Positions 23,861 to 37,114 of a stretch of DNA of 64,000 bases are shown here, piece after piece. Position 1 is the stretch's first letter. Each line of letters starts with the position of its first letter. The translations under genes were made by a program, and so were the position numbers. The notes under the pieces were generated by a model. That model saw nothing but the letters and a program-made list of their open reading frames with translations, had not been told where the DNA came from and made no database searches. This stretch comes from Chiloscyllium plagiosum (Eukaryota): positions 34,801,877 through 34,865,876 of the forward strand of contig NC_057743.1 of assembly GCF_004010195.1 (NCBI RefSeq), given 5' to 3'.

Positions 23861-24894
23861 TCCCAGTTTGGCAAATAACCGACTCTAATTAATCTTGCTA
23901 GATTACTGTGTTATAAAATCCCTCATTCCACCTCAGTATGCAAATGGTTTGGTACTGATGAAAAGACAAACCTAGTGAAAGAAAATAGCTTTCATTGCTT
24001 ACCTGGCATTTGTGTTGAACAGAGTATGTGTGCTAATGAAATTAATACGACAGGCAGAGTATTATTTTTATATTGGCAAACTCCACACTTCTGAAACTTG
24101 GAGGCTTAGCACCATTTCAAAAATCAGGATCAGGGACTGCGATTAAATTAAAGTGAAGGGTTATGCCAGGAATTGAATGTTCATGGCAAATGTATCAGGA
24201 CAGAGTCACCAGACTGACTGGTTTTCAGCTAACAGAAGACGGTCTATATAGCTTTCCCCTCACTTGAACAATCTAAACATTAAATTAATTTGTCTAACAG
24301 ATCATATTCCCCAATTCTTTGCAATATGGAGGAAAGAGGGCAAAAATTAAAATCATTCATTATTTACTCCAATTAATTATCTAAGAAATGAGGTTGTCTT
24401 TCTTTCTTTTGGGTTGCCATGGTATTTATAATTTAGAAGCCTGGCTGGCTGCCAATTATGAGAGGGCTGCATCGATCTCTGTCCTGAGCAAACCCCTGAT
24501 GCGTCTGTCAGGAATACATAAAGAAAAAGCCTGCTGCACAGTGACATGTGGGAATCACTCTGATTGACACGCTAACATTGCTGTCAACACAATCAGGAAG
24601 GCCAGGAGCTGGAGGAAACATTGCAGCACACAAATAGTGATAAATCCTACTTTGACTTAAATTAATTGGCATCCCAGTCATGTTTGCCCCCTTTAACTAG
24701 AGCTAGAGTGCATCGGCAGTTCAAGTCGACTAAGGGGGCAGTCAGCAAGGAATATGGGACGTGGGGGCTTCCTAATGAAAGAGATTGAGGACAAAAATAG
24801 GTAGGGTCCTTTTTTAAGGGTCAGGCCATATAAAACATTGCACGCAGGTGTCATCACACACTTAGGAAGAGTGTGAGGGTCCTTCAGATAATGC

Positions 24895-25290
24895 AGAGAG
24901 GATTTAACAGAATGGTTCCAGGAATGTGGGATGTTAGCTCTAAGGACCCGACCTGGATAACGTGGATGTGGAGAAGGCATTTCCACTAGAGACTACGGCC
25001 TGAGGGCACAGCCTCAAAGTGAAGAGACAATCCTTCAGAATTGAGATGAAGAGGAACTTGTTCAGCCAACAGGTGGTGACTCTGTGGATCCCATTGCTGC
25101 AGAGGGCTGTGGAGGCCAAGTCATTGACTGCATCTAAGACAGAGATAGATAGGTTATTGACTGGTAAGGGGATCGGGGGTTATGGGGAGAAGGCAGGAGG
25201 TTGAGATTGAGAAACATATCAGCCACGATTGAATGATGAAGGAGACTTGATGGGCTGAATGGCCTAGACTGGCTTCTGTATCTTAGGATT
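24895..25290 (+). mobile_element. CR1 LINE 3' fragment
   Basis: ORF 25019-25204 FRIEMKRNLFSQQVVTLW...AVEAKSL. Confidence 0.85.
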
Positions 25291-25959
25291 GGAGAAAGTG
25301 GGGTTGTTCTCCCTGGAATAACAGAGATTTTAATTGAACTGTATTAGTTCACAGCAGGTTTAGATAAGATAGACAAATGTGTCTTCACTATATAAAGACT
25401 CGGGGAGATGGATTTAAAGTTCTCAGTGTAAGAGTTGGCTGGAAGGTCCAGTTGGTGCTAGGGGAATCTATTTTGCCACAAGGAGTGTGAATGAGGTGCA
25501 ATCGCTGCTTACGGCGGGGGGGGGGGGGTTGTAAGTAGAGGTGAAGAAGGATTTTGAACAGATGTTGAAGGGCCTGTGAAGCAAATAAACTTTCAGGGCT
25601 GCAGAGATAGGGTGGAATAATGAAATTGATTGGGTTGCTCTGTAGAGAATTGTCATTGGTTCAAGGGGTCAAATTGTCTCCTTCTGTTCAGTGATGACAT
25701 TCCCTCAGGAAGATTTTTTTTTAATTCATTTACAAGATATGGGCATCATCCAAAGACAATTAGAGTCAATACTTCACTGTGGATCTGGACTCACATGTAG
25801 GCCAGACCAGGTAAGGTCAGCAGATTTGCTTCCCTCAAAGACATATGCGAACTGAATGGTTTTCGTACTGCACAAACAGTGGTTGCATTAAGCCAGCACT
25901 CCACTCCAGATTTTCGTAAAACTCAAATTTCTATTCAGACCCACGTCCTTTGAACATTC

Positions 25960-26500
25960 GTGTCATACAGTCATAGAAACAGACCCTTTGGTCCAACTCG
26001 TCCATGCCAACCAGATATCCTAACCTAATCTAGTCCCATTTGCGAGTACTTGGCCCATATCCCTCTAAACTGTTCCTACATACCCATCCAGATGCCTTTT
26101 AAATGTTGTAATTGTACCAGCTTCCACCACTTCCTCTGGCAGCTCATTCCGTACATGCACCACCTTCCTTGTACAAAAATTGCCCCTTAGGTCCCTGTTA
26201 AATCTTTCCCCTCTTACCTTAAACCTATGGCCTCTAGTTTTGGACTCCCTCACCCCAGGGAAAAAAACCTTTTCTATTTATCCTATCCATGCCCTTCATG
26301 ATTTTATAAACCTCTATAAGGTCACCCCTCAGCCCCCAACACTGCAGGGGAAATAGTCCCAGACTATTCAGCCTCTCCCTATAGCTCAAACCCTGGAACC
26401 CTAGCAACATCCTTGTGAATCTGTGCTGAACCCTTTCAGGTTTCACAATATCCTTCTTGTAGCAGGGGGGACCACAACTGAACACAGTATTCCAAAAGTC
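25960..26500 (-). mobile_element. CR1/HER1 LINE 3' fragment
   Basis: ORFs 26234-26485 and 26065-26253 encode CR1 C-terminal motifs. Confidence 0.9.
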
Positions 26501-26764
26501 TATGGTTCTGGATTACTTAGTCCAGTGAGATTTCTAACACACTGACACCTCCCCTTAGGGTTGTTGGAAACCTGATGGGTGGGTTGGACTATCCTTTTGT
26601 CTCAGGGGTCACAGGCATGCACAGGTAACACTGAGCTCTGGGAATTGTGTCCCAAGACTGACACTGGGACAGTTGGATGGAAAGCACCCCCCCCCCACCC
26701 CCCAAAAACCTCATGATCACCTGGGGAAGAGACCTGCAGGTGCTGCATTTTCAGTTGCATTTAC

Positions 26765-26935
26765 TTTTGATCTACCCATCCCACTCAGCACGCCCCCACC
26801 TCCCATTCCTGATGAACAGCTTACACCTGAACCATCGATTCTCCTGCCCCTCGGATGCTGCCTGACCTGCTGTGCTTTTCCAGTGCCACACTTTTCGACT
26901 CTGATCTCCAGCACCTGCAGTCCTCACTTTCTTCT
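26765..26935 (+). mobile_element. Penelope-like terminal repeat (family A), degenerate hammerhead
   Basis: cccattcctgatgaacagc...cgattctcctgcccctcggatgctgcctgacc...cctcactttct. Confidence 0.7.
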
Positions 26936-27052
26936 CCAACTACCCATCCACACAAACGTCCTCCTCAATGAGGTCATTTCAATTGGGGGGGGGGGGAGGA
27001 AGATAATTGCACGTCTGCAGATTTCCTATTGCTTGGCAATGTTTCTCAGCCA

Positions 27053-27245
27053 GGCGAAAGTGAGCACTGCAGATACTGGAGATTAGATCGAGAGAGTGGT
27101 GCTGGAAAAGCGCAGCAGGTCAGGCAGCATCCAAGGAGCAGGAGAATCAACGTTTCGGGCAAATTAAGGGCTTTTGTCCAAAACATTGACTCTCCTGTTC
27201 CTCAGATGCTACCTGACCTGCTGTGCTTTTCTAGTACTCTCAACG
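27053..27245. mobile_element. Penelope-like fold-back insertion with 14-bp TSD
   Basis: Inverted arms around ~27160. TSD atgtttctcagcca (27039-27052) and atatttctcagcca (27246-27259). Confidence 0.8.
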
Positions 27246-28737
27246 ATATTTCTCAGCCACCTCTTTTCCCCTCTTGTTTTTACTCAGGTGAGCTTGAACA
27301 CCTTCTCCCCTTCAGAGAAGCACAAATACCTGCAGTCTGCATGCAGTGAGAAATGACAATTTAACACAAATCAACTCGTCAACTCTATCAGACTGGGGAG
27401 CCTCAATTCACACAGACTTTATTGCATTTGGGAAAATGTCAGTCAAACACAGTCTCCACAGGAGCCAGGCTTTGAGATATCCTGTGCACCATTAGTCAGG
27501 GTGTACTGGGCCTCATTAATGCCACTATTAATGTAATGCTGAAAAGATGAATGTCTTTGCAGATCAACTTTCTAGAGAAGGTGTCGTGTGGTGAGGTGGA
27601 AAAGATATCCAGTGGTTGTTCTTCTAAAATTTGAAAAAAAGACCATGAAATTCTCCTGAACTGGCTCTGATTGGGTCAGCCAGCTAAGCAGTACAAGTCA
27701 CCTCAGTGCGCTCTCAATGTGGGGTACTGCTTTGCGGTGAAAATAAATTGCCAGTGTTTTATTATCACAGCTTGCTGTCAGATCAACCCCTTTAATTAGT
27801 CAGCTGCTGTTCCAAAAATCAGAATCCTCCCGATGAGCACCCCTTCCTCTCCCGGAGACGTTAGTGCAACTTGCCAAATGTTCCTGCACCCACGACCCTT
27901 TCTACTGGTCGCTCCTAACCCCAGTACGGGAGGGCTGCTGCTTTTAAGAGACCCAATCCCTCTCTTCCCTGACTTCAATCCAAGTACTGTACAAACCTCG
28001 CAGGCCAGGTCACTGCAAATTAATCAGGAGCGATTTCTTTTTTCCTTCTCTTTCGCATCCTTAGCCCAGGGTCACTGAGTCTAATTGCATCTCCCCCTCC
28101 CGCCATCCTGTCTGATTTCAGCTAATTGCCTGCAGATTGGATATCAAAACCAGAGATTTTCTGTATGATTCAGAAGCAAATCACACGGCGCCCTTATCCA
28201 CCACCTCCCCTCCGACTCCACAGGAATACAGACACCTCCTGATCTCGCTCTGCCTGCGTTTTAGGTCCATTTGTTATCATCACTGATGTCAAGATCATCA
28301 CTGTCAACCAGGTTCAGTTTAAACTGTGGCCGGACTGGTTGTCAACATGCCGGCACTGGTGGGAAAGATGGAGAGGGAAGGTAGAAGGGGAGACATTGAT
28401 TTGTTCCAGTCTGAGGGCAGGGTTAGAGGTAGCTGGATGTACTGAAGTGTCACCTTGCTCTCCAGCACTGATTATAAGACATCCAATTGAAAGAGCATTA
28501 AAAAGCACCCCTCCACATTGGAAGTGCACATAATTGCCCCACTCCCTCTGGGTTGTTGTGGAACGTGATGTTCCAAAGGGGTTAATGTTCATGTTATATT
28601 GACTCCTCCCATTCCCAATGTGTTACACATCATCTGTGAGTGGAGACAAGGAATTCTAATGTGCCTGTCAGAGGGAGCTGGTGTAGCAATACCTGCTCTC
28701 TAATGTCTGTAATGATGCCTGACCAAACGTGGTTGCA

Positions 28738-28972
28738 TCATGGAATCCCTACAGTGTGGAAAGAGGCCATTCAGCTGCACTAACCCTCCAAGGAGCACCC
28801 CACACAGATCCCTACCCAATCCCTGTAATTACCATAGCCAATCCACCTCACCTGCACATCTTTGGACAGGGGGAGGAAACCGGAGCAAACTCAGATACAC
28901 ACACACACACACACAACACAGGTCCCTGGTGCTATGAGGCAGCAGTGCTAACCACTGAGCCACCATGCCACC
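28738..28972 (-). mobile_element. HE1-type SINE with an internal (CA)n
   Basis: aatccctacagtgtggaa...gaggcagcagtgctaaccactgagccaccatgccacc. Confidence 0.85.
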
Positions 28973-29111
28973 TAACTGTTGCCATGCAATAAATCTTTTT
29001 ACTACTTAAAAACAGTACCTCCTCTGTAGATACGCTACATTGGTACCACTAATAACTAACTGGCTAGCCCATGACAAAGCAAAGACAAAGGAGCATTGAG
29101 GACCAAGCTGT

Positions 29112-29410
29112 GGGAAGATGGTGGTGTGGTGGTAATGTCCCTGGATGAGCTAATGTTCTGAGGGGAAGTGTTCGAATCCCACCATGACAGACAGTGATAT
29201 TTAAATTCATTTTTTTAAAAATGCCAAACAAAAAAAAAATAGTTTAATGGTGACCACAATCAATTATTGTAAAAACTCATCCAGTTCTCTAATGCCTTTT
29301 AGGGTAGGAAATCTGCCATCCTTGCCTGGTCTGGCCTACATGTGATTCCAGAGCCACAGCATTATGTGGTTAATGCTTAACTACTCTCTGGGCAATTAGG
29401 GATGGGCAAA
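29112..29410 (+). mobile_element. tRNA-derived SINE, second family
   Basis: tggtggtgtggtggtaatgtcc...gttcgaatcccacc...ggtctggcctacatgtgattccagag...ggcaattagggatgggcaa. Confidence 0.75.
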
Positions 29411-29596
29411 TTAAACAAAAACCTCAGACATGTGTGGTAGAGGTGGCAAATACCACAAGGGATAAGGAATAACCATCTGGGAAAATGAGTTTCACTATTT
29501 CACTTAATCCCTTCCCTGACTTTCAGTGATTGTGTTCAATTGATGACTCTCTTCACTAAATCTCCAACCAGGAAATAATCTATAAAAGCATGCATT

Positions 29597-30223
29597 TATA
29601 CAGGGTGCTCCTTTAATAAGGTTATGCTATCCTTGGCTTTTGTTTTCCAGAGAGGTCATAAAAGACACAGACTCCGAAAAGTCTGGGGTTGAAGAGTCTC
29701 GGGCCAATTTGTTTATAACCAACAGATACTGCCTCGCGCAGAAGGCTTTCAAGTCTTACAAAAAACTTGTGAAATGAAAGGGGAGTGGTCAATTCTCCCA
29801 GCTCAGCTTTTCTCTGATTTGGTTTGGTTTTAGCTGTAGTGTGGAAAAAGCTACTGGACCCAAAGAAGCAGGCCCAGCCTGGTATTCTCTCTGACTTCTC
29901 TCCTGTAAGACAATGTTTGATTTTACCTTTTGTGCCAAGGGCTGTTTATGAGGATTGTTGCAAGTATTGGGAATAGCATCATTAAGTTGGCATAATCTGT
30001 TGGGTTTTTGTACAGGTTAAGTTATTCTGTATTCTGTTCTCTTTCATTTGTTTTTCATTCGGTAATCTTGTAAACAAATTCTGTTTTGTTTAAAACTAAG
30101 TGATTTGACCAGCTGCATCCCTCCTGGAATATCCACTTTGCACCTGCTTAAAATAACTAGCAAAGTTAGGGTCTGGGCTACCTTCTTGAAATGTTTTGAG
30201 GGGGTCTGACCTGGTCCATAACA
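29597..30223 (+). mobile_element. Probable solo LTR
   Basis: Ends ...ggggtctgacctggtccataACA after a T-rich U5-like region with a poly(A)-signal variant (gtaaacaaa). The 5' boundary is uncertain. Confidence 0.5.
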
Positions 30224-30225
30224 AC

Positions 30226-30499
30226 TCGGCAAAAGTGAGGACTGGAGATCAGAGTCAAGATTAAAGTGGTGCTGGCAAAGCACAGCAGGTCAGGCAGCAT
30301 CCGAGGAGCAGGAGAATCAACGTTTCGGGAAAAAGCCCTTCATCAGGAATGAGGCTAGGAGCCTCGGGAGTGGAGAGATAAATGGGAGGGGGTGGGGCTG
30401 GGGGGGAAGGTAGCTGAGAGTGCGATAGGTGGATGGAGGTGGGGTAAAGGTGATAGGTTGAAGGAGAGGGTGGAGCAGATCAGTGGGAAGGAAGATTGA
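30226..30499 (-). mobile_element. Penelope-like terminal repeat (family A) with 9-bp TSD
   Basis: Minus strand attcCTGATGAagggctttttcccGAAAcgttg. TSD cataacaac at 30217-30225 and 30500-30508. Confidence 0.8.
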
Positions 30500-30537
30500 C
30501 ATAACAACCGCCAGTAAGACAATAAAACTTTCCAGGT

Positions 30538-30815
30538 ACAAAAACAAAAATTGCTGAAAAACGGTCAGCAGGTCTGGCAGCATCAGTGGGGTTCTAAGGA
30601 ACGGTCACTGGATCCAAAAATTAACTCTAATGTCTCTCCACAGAGGCTGCCAGACCTGCTGAGCTTTTCCAGCAATGTGGGATTCTGAGGAATGGTCACT
30701 GGACCCGAAATGTTAACTCCGATTTCTCTTCACAGGTGCTGCCAGACCTGCTGAGCTTTTCCAGCAATTTCTGTTTTTGTTTCTGATTTCCAGCGTCCGC
30801 AGTTCTTTTGGTTTC
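30538..30815 (+). mobile_element. Penelope-like family C: tandem terminal repeats plus an inverted 5' segment
   Basis: Two tandem copies of ttct(g/a)aggaa-ggtcactgga(c/t)ccgaaa-gttaactc...gccagacctgctgagc; hammerhead-like CTGAGGA...GAAA at 30685-30710. Confidence 0.7.
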
Positions 30816-32789
30816 TATTGAAGACTTTCCAGGTGCTTCGCAGGACCGTTTTTGAACAAATTCTGTTGACTCAGTGTCAAATCGTATTTGACACTGAGTT
30901 AAGTCACTAAGAAATGTCAGGTGACAACGATAATTGTCCAAAGAGTCAATTTTAAAAAGCCTCTTAAAGGACAAAGTTTTGGGAGAGGATTCTGGAGACT
31001 AAAGGTTAAGAGGAAGGCATGGCCACCAGTGGTGAAGTGATTAAAATTGGGGATGTTCGAAAGCCCAAAAGGGAAAGAATGCAGATTTCTTTTGAAGAGT
31101 TGTGGGGCTGGAGAAGATTAAGGAGACAAGGAGAGAGAGTGAAGCCAGACAGGGATGTGAACATAAGAGTGAGAATTTTAAAATCAAAGCATTGTTGGAC
31201 AGCGAGTCAACATAGACCAACAACAAGAGAGATACACAATTTTTTTTTTAAATTGTAAGGCTTTGGAATCATAATGACAGACTCATGGGGATTTGGGGAT
31301 GGCGATATAAGAACACATATATAAAGGAAATCTCGAAAAGGTTTGAAGAAGTGGGTAATCAGAATGCAAATCCAAAAACATTATGACATCCACTGACTAT
31401 AAATTAGGTGTTGGAAGAAGTTACAGATAACATGCGTTTATCTGCAAGGAATCAACCTCAGGGTTTGAGTTCTCCCACAAGAAGAACAGACAAATAAAAT
31501 CAAACACACAAGTGAAGCTGACTGCTGTCAGGGACCTGCTTGCCACCGGCTAAAATGTAGCTCAAGTAAGCACCAGGGAACAGGGGTGCCTGTTCTTCTA
31601 GCTACAGTCCAACAAAAGCTAAACAAGAAGAAAAAAAGGGTAGAAATATACTGAAGGCTTTCTGTCCTCACTTAAAACCGGGATAACACAGGATCGCCGT
31701 CTTCAGCACGTACTCACATATTGACGTATAAATTGCTCCCTAAGCAATGCTATACTTCAGAAACCTTCTGCTCAGCCTGGAATGTTACCCACTGTGTTGC
31801 AGAGGCCAGTCTGGGCCTTAGATGTGGCTGCTTTGGGGAACGAGTGGAATGTCAAAGGAGGGAAGCAGCCACGAGCTAAAGGAAGTAGCAGTCTCAGAGC
31901 CACAGGGGGCCAGAACCAATAGACTGCGAGATAGGAATTCCAAACATGGGTGTAGGATTTCTCTTGGCCACAATTCAGTGTAACTCGGTTCTTTATACAT
32001 GGCTGATGAGTTTTGCTACACATCGTTGCCCCCTTCCTCCGTCCCACCTTCACTCCTTCCCAGCGGAAGAGTTCAATAAAGTCTAGAGCTAAGAATCTAG
32101 TCCATTATTAGGCTTTCTATAGTCTGAAGGCCATCTTGAATGCAACATTGTAATGTTAACTGCAAAAATCAAGCCTCTTATTCCCTTCCAATGCAGACAA
32201 GCTGATGGGGAAAAATGCCTTGACCAGAGCTCTAAAACTGATGGGATCCCATTAACCATCTCGTCTTCCTGATAATCTGTTCCATTGTCTTCAATTGTTC
32301 TCTCCTAGGTATGACTCCCTGAAACCTGCCAACCTTCCTCATGCACACCAAGGTCACCTAAAAAGGACATGTTCTCCGGCTGACTATCTTTTTTTGTGAT
32401 AGCTTGATAGAACCAAGCCATTTTCCTGGCCATTTCAGTGGTAGTTCAAAATCAACCACATTGCAATGGGTCTGTAGTCCCATGTCAGATCAGCAGACTT
32501 TCTCTTCTAAAGGGCATCAGTGAACTCAGGTTTGTTTATAATTCAGACCAGCGTATTTTTAAAAATCCAGATTTATTTAGTTCAGTGAAATTAGATTCCC
32601 TAGCTGACGTGTGGGATTGGAATTCATATCTCTATTACATTAGTCCAACCCTATAGGTTACTGGTCCAGTAATATTATCACTGTGGCACTGCTTGCTCTT
32701 AAATGGTTTGACACTGCTGACGTCTGGAGAATGACTCAATGAAAGGAGTCCAAAGACCAAAATTAAGATGGGGAGTGAATTTACCTTGA

Positions 32790-33040
32790 GCAGGTACATG
32801 GGAACACCACTTGCAAGATCCCCTCCAAGTCACCTTACCATCCCCTCTTGGAAACAAAACGCCGTTCTTTCTTGTCTCTGGGTCAAAGTCCTGGAATTCC
32901 CTCCCTAACAACATTGTGGGTCTACCTACAGCACAAGCAGCAGTTCAAGAGGACAGCTCACCCCCACTTTCTTAAGGGACAACAAGGGATGGGGCAATAA
33001 ATGCTGGCCCACCCAGCGACACCCATATTCAATGAGCAAA
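32790..33040 (+). mobile_element. LINE 3' end sharing its tail with the second SINE family
   Basis: gggtcaaagtcctggaattccctccctaacaac...cagttcaagagg...gggatggggcaataaatgctggccc; a similar fragment lies at 35040-35330. Confidence 0.6.
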
Positions 33041-33582
33041 TGTTTACAAAATATCAAACATTTTGACAAATGCATCTTGCAACATGGCCAGAAAACATTT
33101 CAAAACCAGCTTAGCCCAAGTAGTTCACAAGGATGGATGGAAAGATGCCACATGGAAGATGGTACTATTGACTAAGTATAAAGTTTGATGATAACCATTG
33201 TTCCGGGTGAAATTAAAATCAGGAAAACTGATTAACAGTGGCTGAATTTACACTCTCATCTGAAGTCAAAATGACCAACTGTGACTTCACCCTGTGTGAT
33301 TATCTAATTAGCATGTTACTTAAACTGTTCGAAAGTGAATTTGGGGACTACACTGATCCATAAAAACATCATGACCTTGTTGCCAGGGTCAAGCAATGAG
33401 AGATAAATAGAATGAGAGATCAGAGAAGCAAAGAACAAAACACAGAAAAGAAAGGTTGTTACTCAGAAAGAGTTGAGGATTGAGGTTTGAGGTAGAATCA
33501 GAAAGAGAAATGTAAATACAACAGGAAAATCTGAGGAGATGGTTGAAATTCACCTTCTTACACAAAACAAGTGCTAAATAAC

Positions 33583-33896
33583 AGGACAGCACAGTGACTC
33601 AGTGGTTAGTACTGCTGCCTCACAGTGCTAGGAACCCAGGTTCAATTCCAGCCTTGGATGACTGTCTGTGTGGAGTTTGCACATTCTCCTGTCTGTGTGG
33701 GTTTCCTGCAGGTGCTCCAGTTTCCTCCCACAATCTAAAGATGTGTAGCTTAGGTGAATTGGCCATGCTAAATTGCCATAGTGCTTGGTGTATTAGTAAA
33801 GGATAGGGGAATGGGTCTGGATAGGTTACTCTTCAGAGGGTTGATGTGGACTTGTTGGGCCGAAGGGCCTGTTTCCATATTGTAGGGAATCTAATC
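33583..33896 (+). mobile_element. HE1-type SINE, full length
   Basis: ggacagcacagtgactcagtggttagtactgctgcctcacag...ggttcaattcc...gggaatctaatc. Confidence 0.9.
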
Positions 33897-34562
33897 AGTC
33901 ACTCATCACACTTTGCTAGTGTAGAAAAGAGGGATTATATGTGACCATCTCTTTTATGTCTCTATCAAAGTTGATCCCCACAGTGAGAATGTGAGTCAGC
34001 AGACTCTGAAAGTGAGAATTACAGAAAATGAAGGGTCAGAGATAACAAAATACCGGAGAAAAGAGAAAGCATTTTCTGTGCTCCAACTGACAGGCAATCA
34101 AAATGGCCTACTTTGGGCCTTTAAGGCCTTTGGCAAAATACCCAGAGTAATGGAGGTAGGGGAGTGAAAGGGAGATGAATAGGCAAGGAATAAGTTTAAA
34201 AAAGGAGGAAAGAATGAGAGGGAAAAGAAGCAGAATCAAAGTCAACCACAATGATGAGAGAGGGAAACAAGGGGTTAGCAGCAGGAGACACATAGAAATC
34301 ACTACCAGACAAGAGCCACAAACCTATTTTTATTTTTGATCACAAGGCATGAACTGGTGATGGCTGAACTCTGTTTGTAATAGATACGGCTTTGACATGC
34401 GCATTTCTTGAGCTATAAGTTGTCTATGAATGTAATCACAATTAATAACAGACAGATTTGTACTGTATATCCTAACACTGACATTGTATTGGAGAGTTGA
34501 AAGGGGTGAGAGGAAGCAGTTGGAGATAAGATGTTATATTGTGCTCTGCGTATGTGCCGAAT

Positions 34563-34880
34563 GAATCACAGAATCCCTGCAGTGTGGAAGCAAGCCATCT
34601 GGCCCATCAAGCCCACACTGACAGTCCAAACAGCATCGCCCCATCCCTGTAACCCTGCATTTCCCATGGCTAATCCACTTGGCAGGCATATCCCTGGACA
34701 ATTTTCCATCGTCAATCCACCTAACCTGCACATCTTTGGACTGTGGAAGGAAAGCGGAGCACCCGGAGGAAACCCGCGCAGACACGGGGAGAATGTGCAA
34801 ACTCCAAACAGTCACTTGAGGGTGGAATTGAACCTGGGTCCCTAGCACTGTGAGGCAGCAGTACTAACCACTGAGCTTTG
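34563..34880 (-). mobile_element. HE1-type SINE
   Basis: HE1 body and tRNA head on the minus strand. Confidence 0.9.
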
Positions 34881-36619
34881 GTGGTGTTGAAAAAAATCAA
34901 TTTCTTTCAGCTGCTCTGCTTTCTGATCACAAGCTGATACCAACTGTTACAGATATTACCCAGGGGCTCAATTCTTCACCTCTTCCGTCTACATGACAAT
35001 ACCTGCAAGCCATTCACTCAGGCAAGGGGATAGATGAGTGCAGCTCCAACAACACTCAAGAAGCTCCATCACCTAGAAAGACAAGGGCAGCAGATGCATG
35101 AGGACAGCACTGCCTGCAGGTTTCCCTCACCATCCTGCCTTGGAAATGTGTGGTCCTTCCTTCAGTGTTTCTATCCCAAAGTCCTGGAACTCTCTCCCTA
35201 ACGTGTGTGTGTGTGTGTGTGTGTGTGTCAGTGTCATTGTCTGCAACAGTTCAAGAAGGCAGCTCACCACCAAGTTCTTAAGGGACATCCAGGCTTATCC
35301 GGTGAGGGCCACATCCTATGAAAGAATAAACAGGACAATCTCATTGTCCTCACCCACAATGCACTACAGCCGCAGTGAGAGACTGCCGAGCGATGAATAC
35401 CAGGTCAACCAGAACCTTCTCAATTAAATACAAGAGTATAATATCAGAGTAAGGAGGAGGGGTTTCCTCCTCAAGTCTATTGGTGACTTTTAATCTAAGG
35501 GTTTAATAATCCTGGAGACGGATATAACTCAATATGGAGAGAGTGAGTGTGAGAATTTGAATAACTTCACTTGCTTCTGCCCTATCTGGTTACACAAGCT
35601 GGAAACCTCAATGAATAACAGACCACTGACAAGACAAGAAATAACTTAAAAAATAAGGGAGCCAGATATCAGATCACAGCTCTCACCTAATAAACAGGTC
35701 TCACCTCGTGGTCTCACCTTGCTGACCAACATAGCTTGTATTTCTGCATATTTCAGAAAGAAAATCCCCAGAAAACAGAAATGTTTCTTTAATATACTGC
35801 CACTGCCTCAGACAGGGTTTTAATAATATAATTTTCAGCTCTGACAGTACCACTGACAAATGACATCCTATTTCACTGGCACTAAGGCACATTATGTTAG
35901 ACCACTCCCAGATTTCAGATGGGGTAAGGACAGGGGGACAAACCGACTTTGCCAGAACAAAAAATAGCCTTCATTCAGACTCACTGATCAAGAAAATGGA
36001 ATTGGAGAACAGAAAAGGTTCCACACAATTCTCTCATCGGTTCAAATTCCTGTTCAGGTCACAATCCTACAGATTGAACTCGAAGCACCTAAGAAATAAA
36101 TATCACTGTTGAACATATAAATTGTACCGATAATCAGGAGATCAGTGCACAGAGAGAAATCTGTACTAGGAGAGGTAGGTTTGTAATATGTTGCATAAAA
36201 TAAGGAATATGAAAACTGTCTGCATTTTGTGTCTATAATATATAGACACAGACACTCTTAGACAGGATTAATAAGCTCCTTTTTGTCTAACCTAATGACA
36301 TGCTGCAAATTCATAAGTCACTGCAAACTTTCCCAGGGGCTGTTCCAATAGCCTAACTGAGGTGCATCAGCTGAATTTTAGAAACACAAATCATATATTC
36401 AGGCAAGATGCAGTCAAGCCATTCAAAGTGCACAAAGCATAGAGGCCTCATTATCCAGGTTAGTAGCCCTTTGTTGTGTGCAACTGTACCCACCTTGAAT
36501 TGTTCAGTTTAATCAGCCTGTCTAATTATGGCTGATGTTCTTTTAATGATGATACAATCATGCTAGGAAGCCTGACTGGTTTATTCATGCATATTAATAG
36601 GAAGCAGTGCTACAACATT

Positions 36620-37100
36620 GAATTTTTAAAGTAGCAACAGGACATTTGGCCCAACTAGTCTCTGGTGTTTATGCTCCACTTGACACTCCTATCATACCTC
36701 TTCATCTAAGCTTATTAACACAATGGTCTGTTCTTTTCTCCCTCCTGTCAACTTCATTAAATCTATATTATTCACCTGAACTCCTCCACGTGGCAACAAG
36801 TTCCACATCCTAACCAGACTCTGGGTAAAGATATTTCTCCGGGTGAAGACATAGCCCTTATTCACAGCTATTTGATGTTGATGACACCAGTTCAGGTGTC
36901 TCCAGCAAATGGAAACATTTTCTCCATCAATCCGGTCAGACTCCTTCATAATATTAATGGTCACCCCTTCACCTGGTCTTCTACAGAAAGAAAAAGCAAG
37001 GCCCCAACCAGTTCATCTTTCATGAGAATTAGGAGCTCTGAATACCAGTGTCATTCTTGTAAATCACTTTCATACATTCTCTAATGTCCTCAAATTCCTT
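36620..37100 (-). mobile_element. Old CR1 LINE 3' fragment
   Basis: ORF 36692-36964 RRNIFTQSLVRMWNLLP. Confidence 0.75.
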
Positions 37101-37114
37101 CCTCTAACTGGAAG

